NCBI RefSeq assembly: GCF_964188315.1
Contig: NC_135673.1
Span: 38,502,001 to 38,566,000, forward strand
Direction: 5' to 3'
DNA length: 64,000 nucleotides
DNA from: Podarcis muralis
Taxonomy: Eukaryota
Shown here piece after piece: positions 1 through 13,941 of this stretch (within the stretch, counting starts at the first letter, position 1; each line of letters begins with the position of its first letter). Below the pieces are notes generated by a model. The model made no database searches. It was not told the origin of the DNA and saw only the letters and a list, made by a program, of their open reading frames with translations. Position numbers and translations under genes: made by a program.

Positions 1-2030
1 CTGAACATGATTAGAAGGGACCGGATGGTTAAGGGGGTGCAGGTTGGAGCAAAACAATATAAATTGAGAGCTTTTGCAGATGACTTGGTATTAACTTTAC
101 AAGAGCCAGAATCTAGTACCAAGAGAGTTCTAGAATTAATCCAAGAATTTGGCCAAGTGGCAGGATTTAAACTGAATAAGTTAAAAACTAAGGTAATAGA
201 CAAGAACCTAACACCTCTTGAGAGGGAGAGGTTTCAGAAGGAGACAGGTTTAACTGTGGTTAAGAAAGTGAAATATTTGGGCATAAATATGACAGCTAAA
301 AATGTGAACCTGTTTAAAGACAATTATGAGAAAGTGTGGACAGAAGTGAAAAAAGACTTTGAAATTTGGTCAAATTTGAAACTTTCCCTGTCAGGCCGAA
401 TTGCAGTGGTAAAGATGAATGTGTTGCCTAGAATGTTGTTTTTGTTTCAAACATTACAAATTGTGGACAAGGTAGAATGTTTCAAGAAGTGGCAGAAAGA
501 TATATCCAAATTTGTCTGGCAGGGCAAAAAGCCCAGAATAAAATTTAAGATATTAACCGATGCAAAAGATAGGGGGGGATTTGCCCTGCCAGATTTTAAA
601 CTTTACTATGAAGCAGCAGCATTCTGCTGGCTGAAAGATTGGCTACTTCTTGAAAACACAGATATTTTGGACTTGGAAGGTTTTAACAATGCGTTCGGAT
701 GGCATGCATACTTATGGTATGACAAGGTCAAGGTTCATAAGGCATTTAAAAACCATATTGTCAGAAAAACACTGCTAAGTGTCTGGACTAGGTATAAAGA
801 TTTACTGGAAAACAAGACGCCTAGGTGGCTATCACCAATGGAAGCCAGAGCTGTGAAAAAACTTAACATGGAAGGAACCTGGCCTAAATATTGTGAAATC
901 TTGGAACAAGAAGGTGACAGATTGAAGCTGCAGAGTTTTGAAAAGTTGAAAGATAAAGTGAGAGATTGGCTCCATTATTATCAAATTTTGGAGACATATA
1001 ATAAAGACAAGAAAATTGGCTTCCAGGTGGAAAAATCTAAACTAGAAACAGAACTGTTAGAATCCAATACAAAAACTTTGTCAAAAATGTATAATCTGCT
1101 GTTAAAATGGAATACTGAGGATGAGACGGTCAAATCTACAATGATTAAATGGGCTCAAGATGTGGGTCACAATATTATGAGTGTTGACTGGGATCAGTTA
1201 TGGACCACCGGAATGAAATTTACGGCATGTAATGCCTTAAAGGAAAATATCATGAAAATGGTTTATAGGTGGTACCTAACCCCAGTCAAACTTGCAAAAA
1301 TTTATCACTTGCCCGATAACAAATGTTGGAAATGTAAGGAGACCGAAGGTACATTCTTTCACCTTTGGTGGACGTGCCCAAGGATTAAGGCTTTCTGGGA
1401 TATGATATATAATGAATTGAAAAAGGTATTTAAGTATACCTTTCTAAAGAAACCAGAGGCCTTTCTCCTGGGCATGGTCAGCCAATTGGTGCCAAAGAAG
1501 GACAGAACATTTTTTATGTATGCAACAACAGCAGCTAGAATACTTATTGCAAAGTATTGGAAGACACAAGATTTACCCACTCTGGAAGAATGGCAGATGA
1601 AAGTAATAGATTATATGGCGCTGGCAGAAATGACTGACAGAATTCGAGACCAGGGAAGAGAGACGGTGAGAGAAGATTGGAAGAAATTTAAAGAATACCT
1701 TAAGAAATACTGTAAAATTACGGAATGTTGAAACGATGTTGACTTTGAAATTAAGTGGTTGTTAGCTGTAATGATTAAGAAAAAGGGAAGAAATGTGAAG
1801 ATTTAAACAAAGCTAAAGGAGAGGATTTGCTGAAAATATCAATAGAAACTGGAATACAGTAAGGGAAGGTATGAGGAGGTCGGGGAAGTAAGGTTAAGGA
1901 AAAAAAAGGGAAATGAACTTATACTTGTTCTTTTTTTTGTATGTTTTTTCTTTGTTTGTTTTTTCTATGTTTGTCCTTATGATTTTTATAACTTTTGAAA
2001 ATTTAATAAAATTTCTTTTTAAAAAAAAAA
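1..2030 (+). mobile_element. L1-clade LINE, 3' part (RT C-terminal half, CCHC knuckle, 3' UTR, polyA); runs off the window start
   Basis: ORF 7-1731 (574 aa) is stop-free and in frame from base 1. It has the RT motif AFADD and a C-terminal CWKCx8HxxxxC knuckle, then AATAAA at 2005-2010 and A10 at 2021-2030. Confidence 0.95.
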
Positions 2031-2514
2031 GGTATTATGAGGAGCTGTAGAAAGATTTGAGCTCCAAATTGGGTGAACGAGTGCTGAAATGGCAGTTGCA
2101 GTTCAGTGTAAGCAAATTTAAAGTGGGGCATCTTGGAAGTATACAGTATTATGCATGGTGTGCAGGAAATGGATTGGAGAACCCTGCATCATCCAATAAT
2201 TTGTAAAAATAAAAATAGTTTTAGTGTGGCAGCATCCACACTTTGTAACTCCCTGTGTATTGGCACCAGGCAAGTCTCTTCATTTAGTCTTTTCGGTGTC
2301 TGCTAAAAACATTCTTTTTCTTTGGGAAAGCCTATTCATGCATGTAGAATGTTGAATATATGTTCTAACCTGGTTTTATAGCTTGTATGTTTTTCAACAG
2401 CTGTTTTTGACTCATGACTTCATAGTTGTTGATGTTTTATAAACAGCAGCTTTAGGGTTGTTGTTTTCCACAGTCAAGCAGTATATAAATTTTATGGTGG
2501 GAAATGTTGGAAGA

Positions 2515-2820
2515 TTCAGGACAGGCAAATGAAAGCGCTTCTATAACACAGTGCATAGCTAAACTGTAATAATTTGCTACCATGAGATGTCACGATTGGT
2601 ACTAAGATGCCTTTAAAAGTGTTTTAATGGAGGATAAGTCATGACGGCTTTGGCTACCTCCATCAGAGGTATGCTTCTGAGTACCAGTTGCTGGAAATAT
2701 GTGAAGAGAGGACTGCTGTGTTCATGTCCTACTTGTGGTTTTCCCATAGGCATCTGGTCGACAACTATGAGAACAGAATGCTGGACTAGATTACCTGCAG
2801 TCTGATATATTAGGCTTTTC
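2515..2820 (+). mobile_element. Degraded CR1 LINE 3' end; further CR1/L2 remnants at ~2040-2500
   Basis: Resembles the CR1 3' terminus (...agaatgctggactaga...). Boundaries approximate. Confidence 0.6.
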
Positions 2821-4034
2821 TTACATTCTCCACGGTTCAATTCCAAGCATCCTCAATTTAAAATAATTCAAGGAATATCCTGAAGAGCTATTGTCCATCA
2901 AAGTGAACATTACCGAGGATGATGAATTAATGCAGGATAGGAAACCTGTGTGGTCCCCTCACTGCCCACCCAAAGTTGCTGGACTTAAACTCCCAACATC
3001 CTTGACCATTGTCTTTGTTGCGTGATGGGAACTAAAGTCCAAAAACATATGGAAGACCACAGGTTCCCCATCTCTAGAGCAATGGATTAAATAAAGAGTG
3101 TTATAGAAGGTCCAACTTGTATCATTTTTCTCGTCTTTCAAAAAAATTATCACAACGGTTTGATTCCAATATCTACAAACATTTGAAGACAACCAGAACA
3201 TTTCCCCTGTTATTTCTTCCTGCCAAGTTGTCTATTGGGTTTAGGTCATTTTCAATTTGGGGGCCTATCCTCCAAATTCCTTCAGCTTTGTAGGCTCTGA
3301 TGCTTTCCTTTAGGTCACCAGCACTTGGCAATGTTTACAAATCATTCTATTCTATTCTATTTTAAAATACAGGAGATGAGCCATCCAAAAGTCTTTTCAT
3401 AGAGCCTCTGCTTCTATTTCAGCTGTATCACTTAAGGTCCCCAAAGTCCATTGAAAGAATTTCAGCAGCTCATTAGAAGAAACAGAGCCCTTTTTATTAT
3501 ATTCTCTAATCTCTTTATTGCCAGAATCACAAATGAGAATATAAGGTATGCACCAATAGCCTATTAGCCCCTCTGGATTCTCTGTTCTACTCTCTGCCTT
3601 AGTGGTTTCCATAATAATAGCTCTGCCCAGGCCTCTCATCACTGCTGCAGCCTCCCATAACAGTTGCTACAGCGATAGCTTCAGGGGACTCCTAGGCAAG
3701 CACAGTGGTAATGGACACAGCCAATTAATTTTCTCTCTACTCTTTCCCCATGCATAGTTTTGCTCAATACTGGCACTGAATGTCAAGTTTAAAATTTCAT
3801 TGTTTCCTCATCCCCAAACCATCCCTTCAAACCTCCCTAATAAATGTAATCAATGCATTTAGAGCTATGGATGCTTAATCATGTTGAACACAGTAGTTTT
3901 CCATAGACACCTCACCTTGCAGCAGCAGCGCTACAGTACACAGAGAAATCAGCAGGGTCAGAGTTCCAGGCAAGGAGCTGTGAGGGCCTGACCCCCTTAA
4001 GGATTTATCTGGTTCTTCTGAGGCCTCATTGGGT

Positions 4035-4630
4035 TGTCAGGTGGAAAAAAATAGCATGGCCCAAACAGGTCCAAAGGCTAAGGACAGAGAAAGGAGATGA
4101 GAGCAGAAGGAACCAGGGGGAACCCTGTTAAAATGTGCAGTTCAAGGCAAAGCAAGGTACCCAAAGTCTGTGTCCAGTTTGGTGGGAACTGGAAACTCGC
4201 AGGGAAAGCAGGAAGCATCTGCCAAGCAGCCACCACACCGGACCTTGTACAGAACTATTATCTACAGAGAGCTAGAACTCGCTGGTGCCTTATGTGGGCT
4301 GATGAGCCCTGGAGTGTGGTAGGCTCCAGCTCCTTGTAACAAACATTGTCATATTTTGTAGTCTTTGGTTTCTGCAAGGCTGGAGAGGTGGAGGCACTGC
4401 AAGGGAGTCATCCTCTGAGCCACAGGATGACAGCAGGGCTGTGTGAATGAGAAACTCTCTGCTCTCCCTCGAAAGAAGCAGTCTTATCCTCATCAAACAA
4501 CTCTGCCATGCAAGACAAGATCCCTGACTCATGGCATTCTGCAGCGGCTACCCATAAGAAAGAGTTTTCTCAGACAGATGGGCAAGCCCAGGACTTTGTA
4601 TGCCTAGGTGAGTTGTGGGGTTGGCTGACA
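4035..4630. mobile_element. Possible solo LTR-like element (TGTCAG...CTGACA)
   Basis: 6-bp terminal inverted repeat and purine-rich body; no TSD found. Confidence 0.3.
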
Positions 4631-6307
4631 CTGATGGAAAAGTCCCTAGTGGGGCGAATCCCAGTGGAGTACCCTGTCAGTTCCTGGTTGCTCCTTTGGA
4701 GCCATATCCTTACCTGGACTCAAATCATTGTGCTGCTGGCCAACCAGATGCCTACAGGAAAGACACAAGCAGGTCTTGAGCTCAGCAGTATTCTCCCCTC
4801 TAGTGGTCACCACAACTGGAATTCAGAAGTATACATTGTTTTGACATCAGGTGAAGAAGATGCACCATTTTCACAGGATGGGGGGAGGTGAAGATGAGAT
4901 TGGAACACCCCTCCCACTTGTAGTGCTGTTGCTTTTTCTGACTTCTGTCAGCTTAATTTATGGTCTCATAATCTAATAAATGGTTGACCTGTTACACTGA
5001 GCAGTATTTAGTTCACTCTGGGACTACATGATGAAGTGTGGTCTATGAATGCCTATGGAAAAAATATGCCATGCATAGCTTCTGGAATATTAACATTTGT
5101 CCTTGTTTCTGTCAACTGCAAACCAGTTCGTCCTTTGGAATGTCACTGTGCCCTTGAAGAAGTCTGCTACAAGCAGAGGACCACCCAGCTGTGTAAGCAT
5201 CTTAAGCCAGTACAGTCAGAAGTTGGAGCCATATTGTTGGAGCCACACCAAACATTGAAATCACATTTAAACCAGTCATGACTTCCCCCCAAAGAATGCT
5301 GGGAATGGTATTTGTCAAGGGTGCTGAGAATTGTGATTCTGCAGCGGGTCTTTTAACAGCTCTCAGCACCCTTAACAGACAACAGTTCCCAGGCTTCTTT
5401 GGGGGAAGCCATGACTGTTAAAGTATCGCAAGAGCTCTTTAAACACATGGTGTGATGTGACTAGAGACACAAAGAGAGGATTTTGCCATTGCTTTTCATT
5501 AAATGTGTGAATGGTGTTGTTTCTGATCACATGCAGACACATACACACTTCAGGCAATAGGATTTCCATAATTAAGGGGCAACAGAATTGCAGCAGATTG
5601 CTCTCAGAGGGAAGGCAGATTTAGCTTTCATTATGGAGTGAAGGTCATATTCTGAGTGGAGGGAGCTGAAGGAGTGAAACTTGAATGATCAAAAACATTT
5701 TTTAAATCCTCCTTAAACATATAGTATGATGCATGTCAGAACTGGGCATAAATTCTGTTGACATGAAATTATAGTGTTTAATGAAAACAAGCCACAGATG
5801 GATGGAGGGCTTCACCTGAATGCTTTGTCAACCCATTGCCATTCCGAGGATACTTGGTGACAATAAATATGGAGGAAAAAGTAAAGCTCTTTCGACTCAA
5901 TTTTACACGCCATTTACTTGCCCGCATTGATTCCTCTGTTAGACGAACATTTTCCAATGTCACATGCAGCACTGAGGAAGAAAAGTGATTTTATATATTA
6001 TCACAATTGCTTAGTGGGAAGTGTGTTGGTCAGGATTAGGAATGGATGACTATGTTCGTTTCTGTTTCTCTTGTTTTCTTACTTTTCCAGTCTCAGGTGA
6101 AGTTTTCCACATCATTTTGCAGTGTAAAAAAATGCTCATGAAAATTCACCAGCATTTTAGTGCAAATTTTCCCTAATGTACACATTTCTCTATGCAATTT
6201 TGCCTAATATACACATTTTTGCAAAGCAGTTTTCCCTAATATTATGAAGTTTTTCATTTTATTTTCACTAATAAATATGCATCTATATGAACACTAGTAC
6301 CCTAGTA

Positions 6308-6549
6308 TAGTGGTACCTTGGTCATTGAATGGAATCCGTTCCGGGAGTCTGTTTGACTTCCAAAACGTTTGCAAACCAAGGTGCGGCTTCTGATTGGCTG
6401 ATTGGCCTCAGAAACAATGCCAACAGCCGAAAAGGACATTTGGCTTCCCAACAAAATGTTCGCAAACCGGAACACTTACTTCCGTGTTTGCGGTCTTCAG
6501 GAGCCAAAATGTCTGAGTACCAAGGCGTTCGACAACCAAGGTATGACTG
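6308..6549. mobile_element. Tc1/mariner-superfamily MITE
   Basis: Degenerate TIR (c/t)agtggtaccttgg...ccaaggtatgactg, flanked by TA. Confidence 0.75.
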
Positions 6550-7089
6550 TATATGCATTTTTGTACACATTACTTGGCTAGAGAACTAGCTTGAAAAAAT
6601 CATAAATTGGCTATGTGGCTGGCTGGTGATCATGGAAGTAGCATTCCCAAACATCTGAAGGGTACCAGTTTGCAGTGTCGGTTTTAGGGTAGCATGAGTG
6701 ATGTAGCCATACTGGACATCAAGCTGCAAGGGCACCACAATGATGTTGTAGAACAGAGCACGAGAGGTGGGGATGCCAAATTTTACTGTCACACGGGGTC
6801 ACCAAAATTTGAGAGCCCAAAGTCTACCAATGCAGTTTGGAGGAAGCTAGTCTATATTGGCTGTAGGCTGGTATGCAGGATTTCAGGCTGTGATCTTTTT
6901 CAACTTTATCTGGATATATTGGGGATTGAACCCAAACTTCTAAATGCAAAGCATGTGCTCTTCCACTGAACTTTCCCCCTTCCCCTGCCCTATATTCTAA
7001 CATTCAAACTTGTTTGATCATCAAGTCATGGAATTGTAGAGATGGAAGGGACCACTGGGGTCATCTAGTCCAAACTCCCTGAAATGCAG

Positions 7090-7182
7090 TTTTCCTTGTT
7101 ACTTTTTTACTTGCTCCTTTTTAATTTTGTAACTCATTTTTGTCTGTAAAATCTTAATAAATATCATTTTTTTAAAAAAACA
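7090..7182 (+). mobile_element. 93-bp L1-type 3' tail inserted in a tRNA-head SINE (~7020-7272)
   Basis: 18-bp TSD aaactccctgaaatgcag (7072-7089 and 7183-7200); AATAAA and an A-rich end. Confidence 0.8.
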
Positions 7183-10100
7183 AAACTCCCTGAAATGCAG
7201 AAATCTTTTTGCCCAATGTAGGGATTGAACCCATGACCCAGAGATTAGGAGTCTCATGACCAACTGAGCTATTTCTTAGTAGATCCTGGGGTACAGCTCC
7301 GCAGATGGGCTGAGAAACAAATTCAAAAGCCTGATGGTGTCTATGACTTTACCAAACCCAGCTACGTTGGCTAAGAAAGCTTTAGCTGAGCTTATTCAGT
7401 TTGGGTTACACTGTAATTTATGCCAATAGAAAGTCTGCATTAGCTTCGGTGAGCTATCACTAAGTGCTAAGGTCAGCTGTGCATTTCATACTTCAGCTGT
7501 ACGGGAAGCATTTTATGGCTTTTCAGAGTCATGCTGCAGCAAAAAGGGTTCTTTATGATGCCACAGACAATTAATTGAGGCACATTACCTAAAAACTAAA
7601 AAGGTCACACATGGAACATAATCGACACCTTGTATCCCTTGTTGCTGAGTGCTGAAATGCAAATGAGTGCATTTTGACTTCCTTGGAGTAGCATAACTCT
7701 TTGGCGGTCTTGAATTATGCTTCCATTTGCTTACACTTTAAAATACTAAGTTTACCTCCCTTTTTAAAATAATAACATTGGTCAGAGTTGGAAACAGTTA
7801 CAGACCATTTTTAATTTTTATTTATTTTGAGGAGAGAAAGCGCATTAAGCTGCAATTATAGCTGTGTCTGGCACAAATGGGAAAAGGAGTGTGGGAATCT
7901 GCATAAAAGACACTTTCAAATGCCTCAGCAAATCCTCTTAAGGCTGCAATAATAATATTGTGTCTGTGCTGTAAGAAAGATAAAAAAGGACAGCTCAGAA
8001 GGGTAAATTGGAATGGAAAGACATCAGAGTGTAAGGTCAAGAAGAGAGGAGTTGGGGGACATGTCCTATATTCAAAAATACAGCACACTCAGGACTGGAA
8101 ATGGTAGAATATTCTGGGCCTCTGAACATTATGGACATAAACGTGGATATTATTCACATCCGTGAATAGTAAAAGTCATTTTGTCACAAGGATCTGACCA
8201 TGAATGAAAATCTATGTTTTGAGCACGGAAAAGCCAAACTGTGTGTGATGTAGTGTGTCCTTTTGGTTCTTCCATTAGGATACTGATAGGCTGTGTTGCT
8301 CACAGCAAGAGGAGATCAACCTGGCCCTATCCAGCCAGAGAAGGAGCAGTTGAAGGGAGTTTGCCTCTCCCCTCTCAGGCAGAAGAACATTTGGCTCCAA
8401 CTACCAATTGCCTTGGGATCCAGAACTGAAGGGGAGCACACTCTGGCTTCGTGCATGAGCCAGGGACTAAAAATTACTGGGTTGGGATGGGTGAACCTCT
8501 CAATTTGGATTTCTCTCTGTTTCTCATTTTTACAGCCTTAAGTTTAGTTCTCTATATTTCTCCATCAGTTTATGGATTTTAAAAATAAGAAAGACTTCAT
8601 GAAAGCATTCTGGTGTGAACTTCTCCCAATATGCAAGTGCTGTTGTTTTTTAAAAAAAATCAATTTCATCAATGCACCCCTTTGCAAAGCAATTTTACTT
8701 AATATGATGCAATTTTTCTTGCCCCTGCCCCCATCATTAATAAACTTTAAAAGGGATAGCATTTGGTTCCCATGCATTTGGTTCTTGGGTTCAGTCCCCA
8801 ACATCTCCTTGAAGGCCTTGGAGAACCACTACCTGGCAGAGTAGTCAATAAATACTGGGCTTGATAGGCTCATAAACTAGCACTTTAAGGAAGCTTTGAG
8901 TTCTCGCCTCTCAACCTACTAGCTTTACCATGCTTCTCTTATTCAGCAAGGGCAGAAAGTTTTCAATAAAATTATAGGAGAAAAATCTGATGTCTTATCA
9001 ATGGGAGGCAGCTTTATATCTTCATACACTCCTTCCCATGGACTCCTGCCATGCGGTTGGGCTATTCTGGCATTGTGTTTGTGGTAGAAGAGGGAGAAGT
9101 GTAACAAAAATTCCCACACTGCAAAGATAATGCCAGAACAAGGCCCCCAATTGAGAATGTTGTTTAAGATTAGGTTGGAGACAGCCAGGGCTTTTCTTAG
9201 TGGGAACTTGACGGAACTCAGTTCCAGCACCTCTCAGGTGGGTGCCATTGCCATTATAGGAGAACAAGGGAAGCATTCATGGTGAGTTTAAAACACCTCT
9301 TTTTCTAGCAATGGAGACAGCCAACATGGCACCCTGCTGTAGTTATTGGGTCCAGCTATGAAAATTGGCTATGCTGGAAGGAGCTGGTGGGAGTTGGAGT
9401 TGTAAAGGTACCATGCTGGCTGTTCCTGAGGAGGTGGAAGGACCCGTTGGGTGGTTAGTTCTGTCTCCTCTAGAGCATAGGCCAGTGCCTTACACTGAGG
9501 CCATTCACTGGCTCAGTGTTGTCTACACCAGAGCTAGTCAATGTGCTGCACTCCAGATGTGGTGAGCTATAACTCCCATCAGCCCCAGCTAGCATGGCCA
9601 AAGGCCATGGATGGTGGAAGTTGTAATCTACAATGTCTGGAGGATATTGTGTTGACCAGCCATCATTTATACTGTTGGACAGGGTTTTCCCCACCCAACC
9701 TGGAGATGTTTTGATATGATCCGGATACCTTTTTCATGCAAAACATGTGCTTGACCTATAGACCACTTTCTGTTCTGATTCTGATCTGATGCTAGTCAAA
9801 GCATGCCATGCCCATCTTGACAACAGAATGAAATTCCCAAACTAGTTTAATGTGTAGGAAGAGGGAGGGAGGAGGAGACCTCCCAGGCTCATATAGAGAC
9901 ACAATTTAGTTATCATGCAACAAACAGAAAGCCACTGTCTTTTAAAAGGCCAGAATATAGTCATGATGTCTAATAAGAAGGAGAAGGAGGAAGAGGAGGG
10001 GAAGAAAACCCAACCAGGTTCATATGCAGACACAGGTTAGTTAGGATGCAGCACACCACTGCCTTGGTACATTTTCTTTTCTCCCAGAAAAATGCTTTTA

Positions 10101-12594
10101 TAGCTCAGTGGAGGAGGAAAGATTTAAATAAAGTTATGAGAGAGAATTTGATTTGATCATCAGTTTAAAGAATGCTGGAGTGGTAATTGGAAGATTGAAT
10201 CCTTACTAGGATTCACTGTAAGGAGAGTAAAATTTGGCATGCATGAAATGAGATGTTACCGGCCAGGTGATTTATCACCCAAAGTGAGTTTGCCACAGCT
10301 CATTTGCTTTTACTACGCAAGTCCCTCCCCTTTCTCCTCTCGCTCACCCTGATCTTAGGGTTGAGCACATGGATATTTGTTTTCCCTTTTTCTGTTTTCC
10401 TGTCAAGCCTGCTGCTTATTCCCAGGAGTTTGTGTGCATTATTATTATTATTATTTTGCTGGTGTTGGCCACAATAGTGTTGAATGGGTGTGGGGGTCCA
10501 TTTGTTTGCATTTTAATAAAAGGCTACTTAATTTGGACTTCTTCAGCCAATGACATGATATTGATATTTCTCCAAAACATGGAGAAATAGGTTTAAGTTT
10601 AGCAAAATGAGAAACTGAACCAAAATTGGCAGATCCTTTCCTCGCAGTTGTAAGTGCAGCTGCACTTCCTGGAACTGGGTCTCATAACTTTATGATCAAT
10701 TGGGTGTTTGCTCATTTATCTCTCTCTCTCTCTCTCTCTCACTCACACACACACACATCACCAGCCCTGATATCAACAGGCAGCTACCCCATGCACCTGC
10801 CAAGGCCCATTAACTGAAGCAGAGCCCTTTGGTGCCCTCACACCTGCCTGTTATCATAAGAAAATAAGGAGAGCTGAATCAGGACAATGGCTTATCATGT
10901 ACACCATTCAGTTCTTACAGTAGCTAATCAGATGTCTATGGGGAGCCTGCAAGCAGTGCCTGAGTGCAACACCAACTCAGTAGTGATTCCTGACTACTAG
11001 CATTCAGAAGCATTGCCACCTACGAAAGAGCAGGCACATTGCCCCTCCAGTCACAAACTTATCTGGCAGTAGCTGCTGAGCCTGAGAAGCTGCCCATCAT
11101 CGAAAATGTTCCACAGTAACTGTCTCCACATTGGGATGTGGTTATTTGAACCCCCGTTTGAAGGCTTCCATCAACCATGATTAATTATGCTGGTGCAAAC
11201 CTTTGAATGGGGACCCTTGAAACACAAACATTTACTTGAGTCCGGCCCCATTTGAACTCAAAGTAGGTTTAGTCTTGATGTCCCTTTTCACATTTCTTCT
11301 GCTGGGCTGAGGAAAACTACAGTTGTGGACACCATTCCTAACCATGCTCTCTGCAGGTGAATCCACTTAAAAGCAATTGTTTTTCAAATAATGTTTAGCA
11401 TCATGATGGATCATTGTGAAATGTTACATTTCTAAATACAAAAGTAGTACCAAGCCAGTTGTTCCATCAGCACAAGGATTTACAGATGTGCAACAAATAT
11501 TTCCCCTCTCCACCCCCCGATACCCACTTAAATCTGTTTTAGGGGCTCTCCCAACCCTAGGGTTACCATATTTGAGGGTTTGGGGTTGTTGTTTTTTGCA
11601 AAATCTCCAAAATATCCAGTTGTCAGCCACTGACAGCCACTGACCAACTACTTCTTTAAAAATGTCCCCAAAAGGAAATTCTCTTATAATCTAAGCTTTT
11701 CTGCTTTCCCTTAGCAGACTTGCATATCTTAGCAGAAAAAAACCCTTTTCCATCCTGGGGAATATGATATATTTTGCACCACCACAATTCTTCAAAGGAT
11801 GCATAATTAATGATTCACATTCTTCTGTTTTCATCTGGGCCCTGATCAAAAATTGATGATTATCTTCATAGGTCATCCAATTATAATTCAAAGTAAGTAT
11901 ATCTAATAAAAGATTAACACAAATTTCCATTTATCCAAAAGACAAAAGCTATGTTAAGATTAAGTTAAGGGTTAGAGGTCACAACAGTAATTTAAAGCTC
12001 AGTGTATCACAGGCAAATTGTAGTCCTCTTCAAAGCTAAAAATTAAGGTGGGGGGAGGAATCCTGAGAAATTCTGAATTAATCTTAGCTGAAAAGAAATC
12101 GTGCCGCCTGATACATGGATTGGCTTAACTTGTAGTTTTCCTGTGTAATGACTTGTGTTTCAATGGCTAAAGTAAGTTCCTGCACTTCAGAGGCGAAGCA
12201 GTGTCAGCAAAGTAGTTCTTGTGGTGACCATGACAACTCATGTCATGCTGTGATCTGAAAGCTACAGATTATCTTCACCAATAGGGATTGGCTTAAGCGC
12301 TTCTTTTCCTGGTAAAGCATGCCCATTTTGAAAACTAAGGCAGAGACAAAAGATCTGTGACTGTCCCAATGTTGTTGGACTCCAACTCCCATCAGCCCCA
12401 CAAGCATTCCCCATGGTCACAGATTTTTAGACCTGGAGTCCAATAACATCTGAAGGTCCACAGCTTCTCCATCCCTGATTTAAATGTATAAACAACAAGC
12501 TGCTCCCATACCCAAATAACTAGAGTTTCCTGACTGGAGTGTTGGGAGCAAAGAAACAATGTTTGCAATAAGTTCCCTGAACCAGTAGAAAGTA

Positions 12595-12818
12595 CAGTGG
12601 TACCTTGGCTGTCGAACTCCTGGAATGGTTCGAAAACCAAGGCACGGCTCTCGATTGACTGCAGGAGCTTCCTTCACTCAACCAGAAGCCGCTGAAGCTG
12701 CGTCTGACATTTGGCTTCCAAAAAGCCTTTACAAACCGGAACACTCACTTCCAGGTTTGCGGCATTCAGGAGCAAAAACATCCCAGTACCAAGGCATTCA
12801 ACAACCAAGGTACAACTG
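12595..12818. mobile_element. Tc1/mariner MITE (same family as 6308 and 20298)
   Basis: cagtggtaccttgg...ccaaggtacaactg, TA TSD. Confidence 0.8.
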
Positions 12819-13941
12819 TAATGGAAAGGCTACCTGTCCTTCCCTCACAGATTCCTTCTTGAACAACTTCCTGTAGATTGCTTTTCTTCAGCCTTTGCTT
12901 CCTTCCTGCTTCTTCTCCAAATCAGTTAGTGGTAGTCTTAGCCTCTTGATTCTAGGTTGGCCACAAGTAACCCTGTACCCTGAATAGCTTTGTTTGCCGT
13001 GAGTAAAAAACAACCTTAAGCTTCTATATTATTTTAACCAGCAGCCTTTCCAGACTATTAACTTCCGCAGTCGATTCCAATATATATACCAGACTCCAAA
13101 AGGGAGTAGTGTTATCTGAAAACCAAAGCACATTTCCTAGCTATGACCTTCCTGTAGGTATTTGCTTCACCATTGTTGGGACAGGGATGATGCACTAGAT
13201 GGTCTTGAGGTCGGATATAGTCAGACTCTTCTTCTGCTTTTACAATATAAGGCAAGGGGGGGGCTGTGGGCCTCCAGATGTTGCTGGCCTCCAACTCCCA
13301 TCAGCCCCAGCCAGCAAGGCCAATGGCTAGGAATGATGGGTGTTGTAGCCCAGCAACATCTGAGAGCCACAGGTCCCACAACACTGATTGAATAGGGTGG
13401 GCACTCCACATGGGAAAATGTCCACATGAATAATAGATCTTGGCATTCACAGAGAGGGGGACGCTCATGCTTATTAGAGTTACATGCCAGTGGGACTAAC
13501 CATTAGGTACCCAATGGACACATTAACTTAGGTGTATTCAGGTTCAGGCAGAGACTCTTGAGGGAACAGTGACATACCATCACATGTTCTATATCTACTA
13601 TATTTCTTAGAAAGAAGGTTGTTTCTCTGTCCATTTGTTCTCTCTGTTTAGTTCATTGCCAAACTCAGCATAAGGGTACATGTTCAGTTATTGCCAAACT
13701 CAGCATAAGGGTACCTAAGGTTGGGGTTGGGGGTCTACATTGACAATGTGCTGCTGGATGCCATTTTGAATCAAGATAGTCAACTGAAACAATCACTTTG
13801 GCCACCTCTTGAGATATCATCACCAAACCTCTGCATGAAGGTTCCTAAGCTGGAGGCAGCAGTCTTTGTTGATGTTTGGATGACAGACACCACTTTGAAT
13901 CAAAATGGCAGGCTGAAACATGGCTTTGGTGTGACTTCACC

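Noticed and set aside
4097-4891. Several 80-127 aa ORFs and a strong plus-strand donor at 4607
   Set aside because: They lie in a probable LTR-like repeat; the frames are bounded by stops and have no usable acceptor.
11246-11316. Minus-strand 71-nt AG/GT-bounded frame (PSRRNVKRDIKTKPTLSSNGAGLK)
   Set aside because: Moderate splice sites, no phase-compatible neighbour identified, and no recognisable product.
13655-13714. 25-bp direct repeat with a 10-bp spacer; similar micro-duplications near 11626, 31030 and 39945
   Set aside because: Only two units each; simple slippage duplications, not CRISPR-like arrays.
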